A stretch of DNA of 64,000 nt from Lobosporangium transversale (taxonomy: Eukaryota), in assembly GCF_002105155.1 (NCBI RefSeq), contig NW_019028979.1, forward strand, positions 1,302,001 to 1,366,000, in the 5' to 3' direction. The notes below the pieces were generated by a model, which was given only the letters and a program-made list of their open reading frames with translations, had not been told where the DNA came from and searched no databases. This document shows, one piece after another, positions 62,501 through 64,000 of the stretch (within the stretch, counting starts at the first letter, position 1; each line of letters begins with the position of its first letter). The position numbers were made by a program, and so were the translations under genes.

Positions 62501-63202
62501 GCTGTTGCAAGAGCCGACGGACGACGATTTCATTTCCTGGAACATTTTGATCGCATCTTCAATATATTGCTGATCCCGGAACTAAATGTCCTCATTGCAG
62601 CCAGCCAGAAGGGCGCAGTGACCATTTTTCGGTTGCTGAAGGTCTTAGACGATCCATCATGCTCAGAAACTTTGACAGCTGAAACTGCTACATCAGCAGC
62701 AGGAGCATCGTCGACAACATTGCCCACGGGCTCAACGCGAAAAGGGAGTGTAGCAGAGTGTAGCATTAGCAGTATGGAGCATAAGCTTACTGGAGACGCG
62801 CTGACAGGAGCAGGAGTAGACAACGAGGCAAGAAAGAGAATGAAAAAGAAGGCAGCGGCAGAGGGCGAAGGGATGGACCATTCAAACGATGACAAGAGCC
62901 AGCATAACAGCCGCGACCATGACCGTGACAAAGAGCATGAGCCAAAGTTTAAAGCTACCAACAAGCCCGTGGAACGATTCGTACTCTTCCCAGAAGTATA
63001 TCTTCCTCGGCTGGAGCCCCCACCACAGCCACTCTTTGGTGTCTCGGTCGTCCCTCTATGTTCGCCTTCATCTTCGTCAGCATCTGCATCATCAGTGTTC
63101 CTGTTGCATCTGGCCTATATTGACACTCAGTTTTATAGTTATGAAATCCGTCTTCGAAACGAAAAGGATGATACTGTCGCTTTGAATAACATTTTTGTAT
63201 AG
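59560..63202 (+). CDS. CRT10-like WD40 protein, multi-exon (6 exons inferred)
   Basis: Inferred exons give RMNLMASS, INVMKIGYLGTEEVLVTADETGDV, SAWGIAIHSEQRLIAISCNAHTVTVF, GHQHNIPSVTF and IPELNVLIAASQKGAVTIFRL. These resemble CRT10-family motifs. Confidence 0.7.
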
Positions 63203-63241
63203 TATATATAGTTTATCAAGAGACTTTCTTCCTCTTTGATT

Positions 63242-63276
<35 letters not shown>

Positions 63277-63395
63277 GGCTGTAAACGAATAAGGTTCATG
63301 TGAGAGGTTTTGTAATATTGGCACTATAGTTTTTTTTATTAGGCGACGTTGCAGCTTTAATGTCATGCTTCTGAACATCTTTGAAATATTCTTAT

Positions 63396-64000
63396 CTATA
63401 TCAAGATATAGTCATCTAGATCCTCTGCCACTGCAGGATGGTCACCTTCCGTGGCATTGCTCTTGTCTTGAGAATCAAGGCTTGCTTGAATTTGAGTACT
63501 TTTATGTTCGGATGTCTGTTCCTGTATTTGATCCTGTGCTTGTTCTTGGGCTTGATTCTGATGATTAATAGAGACAGGTGTAGACATGCGGATGTCCTCT
63601 CTGTCCTCCGAGGTATCGTCAAGGCGCATGGGTGACTCATTTCCTTGCTCATGCCCCTGCTCCTGCTCCTGCTCCTGCTCTTGTTGCTCAACATGCGATG
63701 CGTGGCGATGATGCCGCTGAGTAGGGTAATAAGGACAGGTCGACAAGTGTGATCGGGAGCCCAATGTCAATGATGACATTTCATATTGCTCAATCATTGC
63801 TGTACTAGCACTCGTTCTGAAAGTTGATGATGATGATGAGCCAGAGCCAGAGCCAGAGCCAGAGAGACATTGATTGCTCTCTGCTTCAAGTGTCTCCTGC
63901 GATGGATATGTATAGTGATGATGGAGATGCTGTCGAAGATGCTGACGCTGGAAATCGAGTAATTGACGCTGCTGCTTCATTAGCTTTCTCATTTCTGCAT
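63396..64000 (-). CDS. 3' end of a gene running off the window (low-complexity C-terminus)
   Basis: An open frame runs from the window edge to the stop at 63396, with Q/E and SG repeats. Confidence 0.55.
   Translation of the reverse strand, partial: AEMRKLMKQQRQLLDFQRQHLRQHLHHHYTYPSQETLEAESNQCLSGSGSGSGSSSSSTFRTSASTAMIEQYEMSSLTLGSRSHLSTCPYYPTQRHHRHASHVEQQEQEQEQEQGHEQGNESPMRLDDTSEDREDIRMSTPVSINHQNQAQEQAQDQIQEQTSEHKSTQIQASLDSQDKSNATEGDHPAVAEDLDDYILI

Overview
Eukaryotic, intron-containing fungal DNA. It is probably from an early-diverging Mortierellaceae-type genome, which I infer from the gene content, the F-box/LRR expansion and the long poly-A/T runs. Recognisable genes are a PARP-type zinc-finger protein, a C2H2 transcription factor, QCR7, three F-box/LRR proteins, a Kch-family K+ transporter, TEL2, a small secreted protein, TYW1, a membrane-anchored PF05426 (PL38/PL5-like) polysaccharide lyase, GET4 and a CRT10-like WD40 protein, plus tRNA-Thr(AGT). 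The gene-poor 34.5-50.7 kb interval is rich in mobile DNA. Its most unusual feature lies just upstream of the tRNA gene: a tRNA-derived Pol III head (A and B boxes) fused directly to an open but RT-less non-LTR retrotransposon 3' half (RNase H plus Cys/His knuckle). A 37-nt retroposon with a perfect 19-bp TSD interrupts that head, and it is followed by a stack of related 3' ends sharing a YYYGTTAT(C)(A)n tail, in both orientations. The interval also holds a DD34E Tc1/IS630-like element with TIRs and TA TSD, a hAT-type MITE with an 8-bp TSD, other TIR elements and a structured non-coding island (44.6-45.1 kb). Two probable pseudogenes lie elsewhere in the window. All calls come from reading the sequence by eye; no database searches were run.
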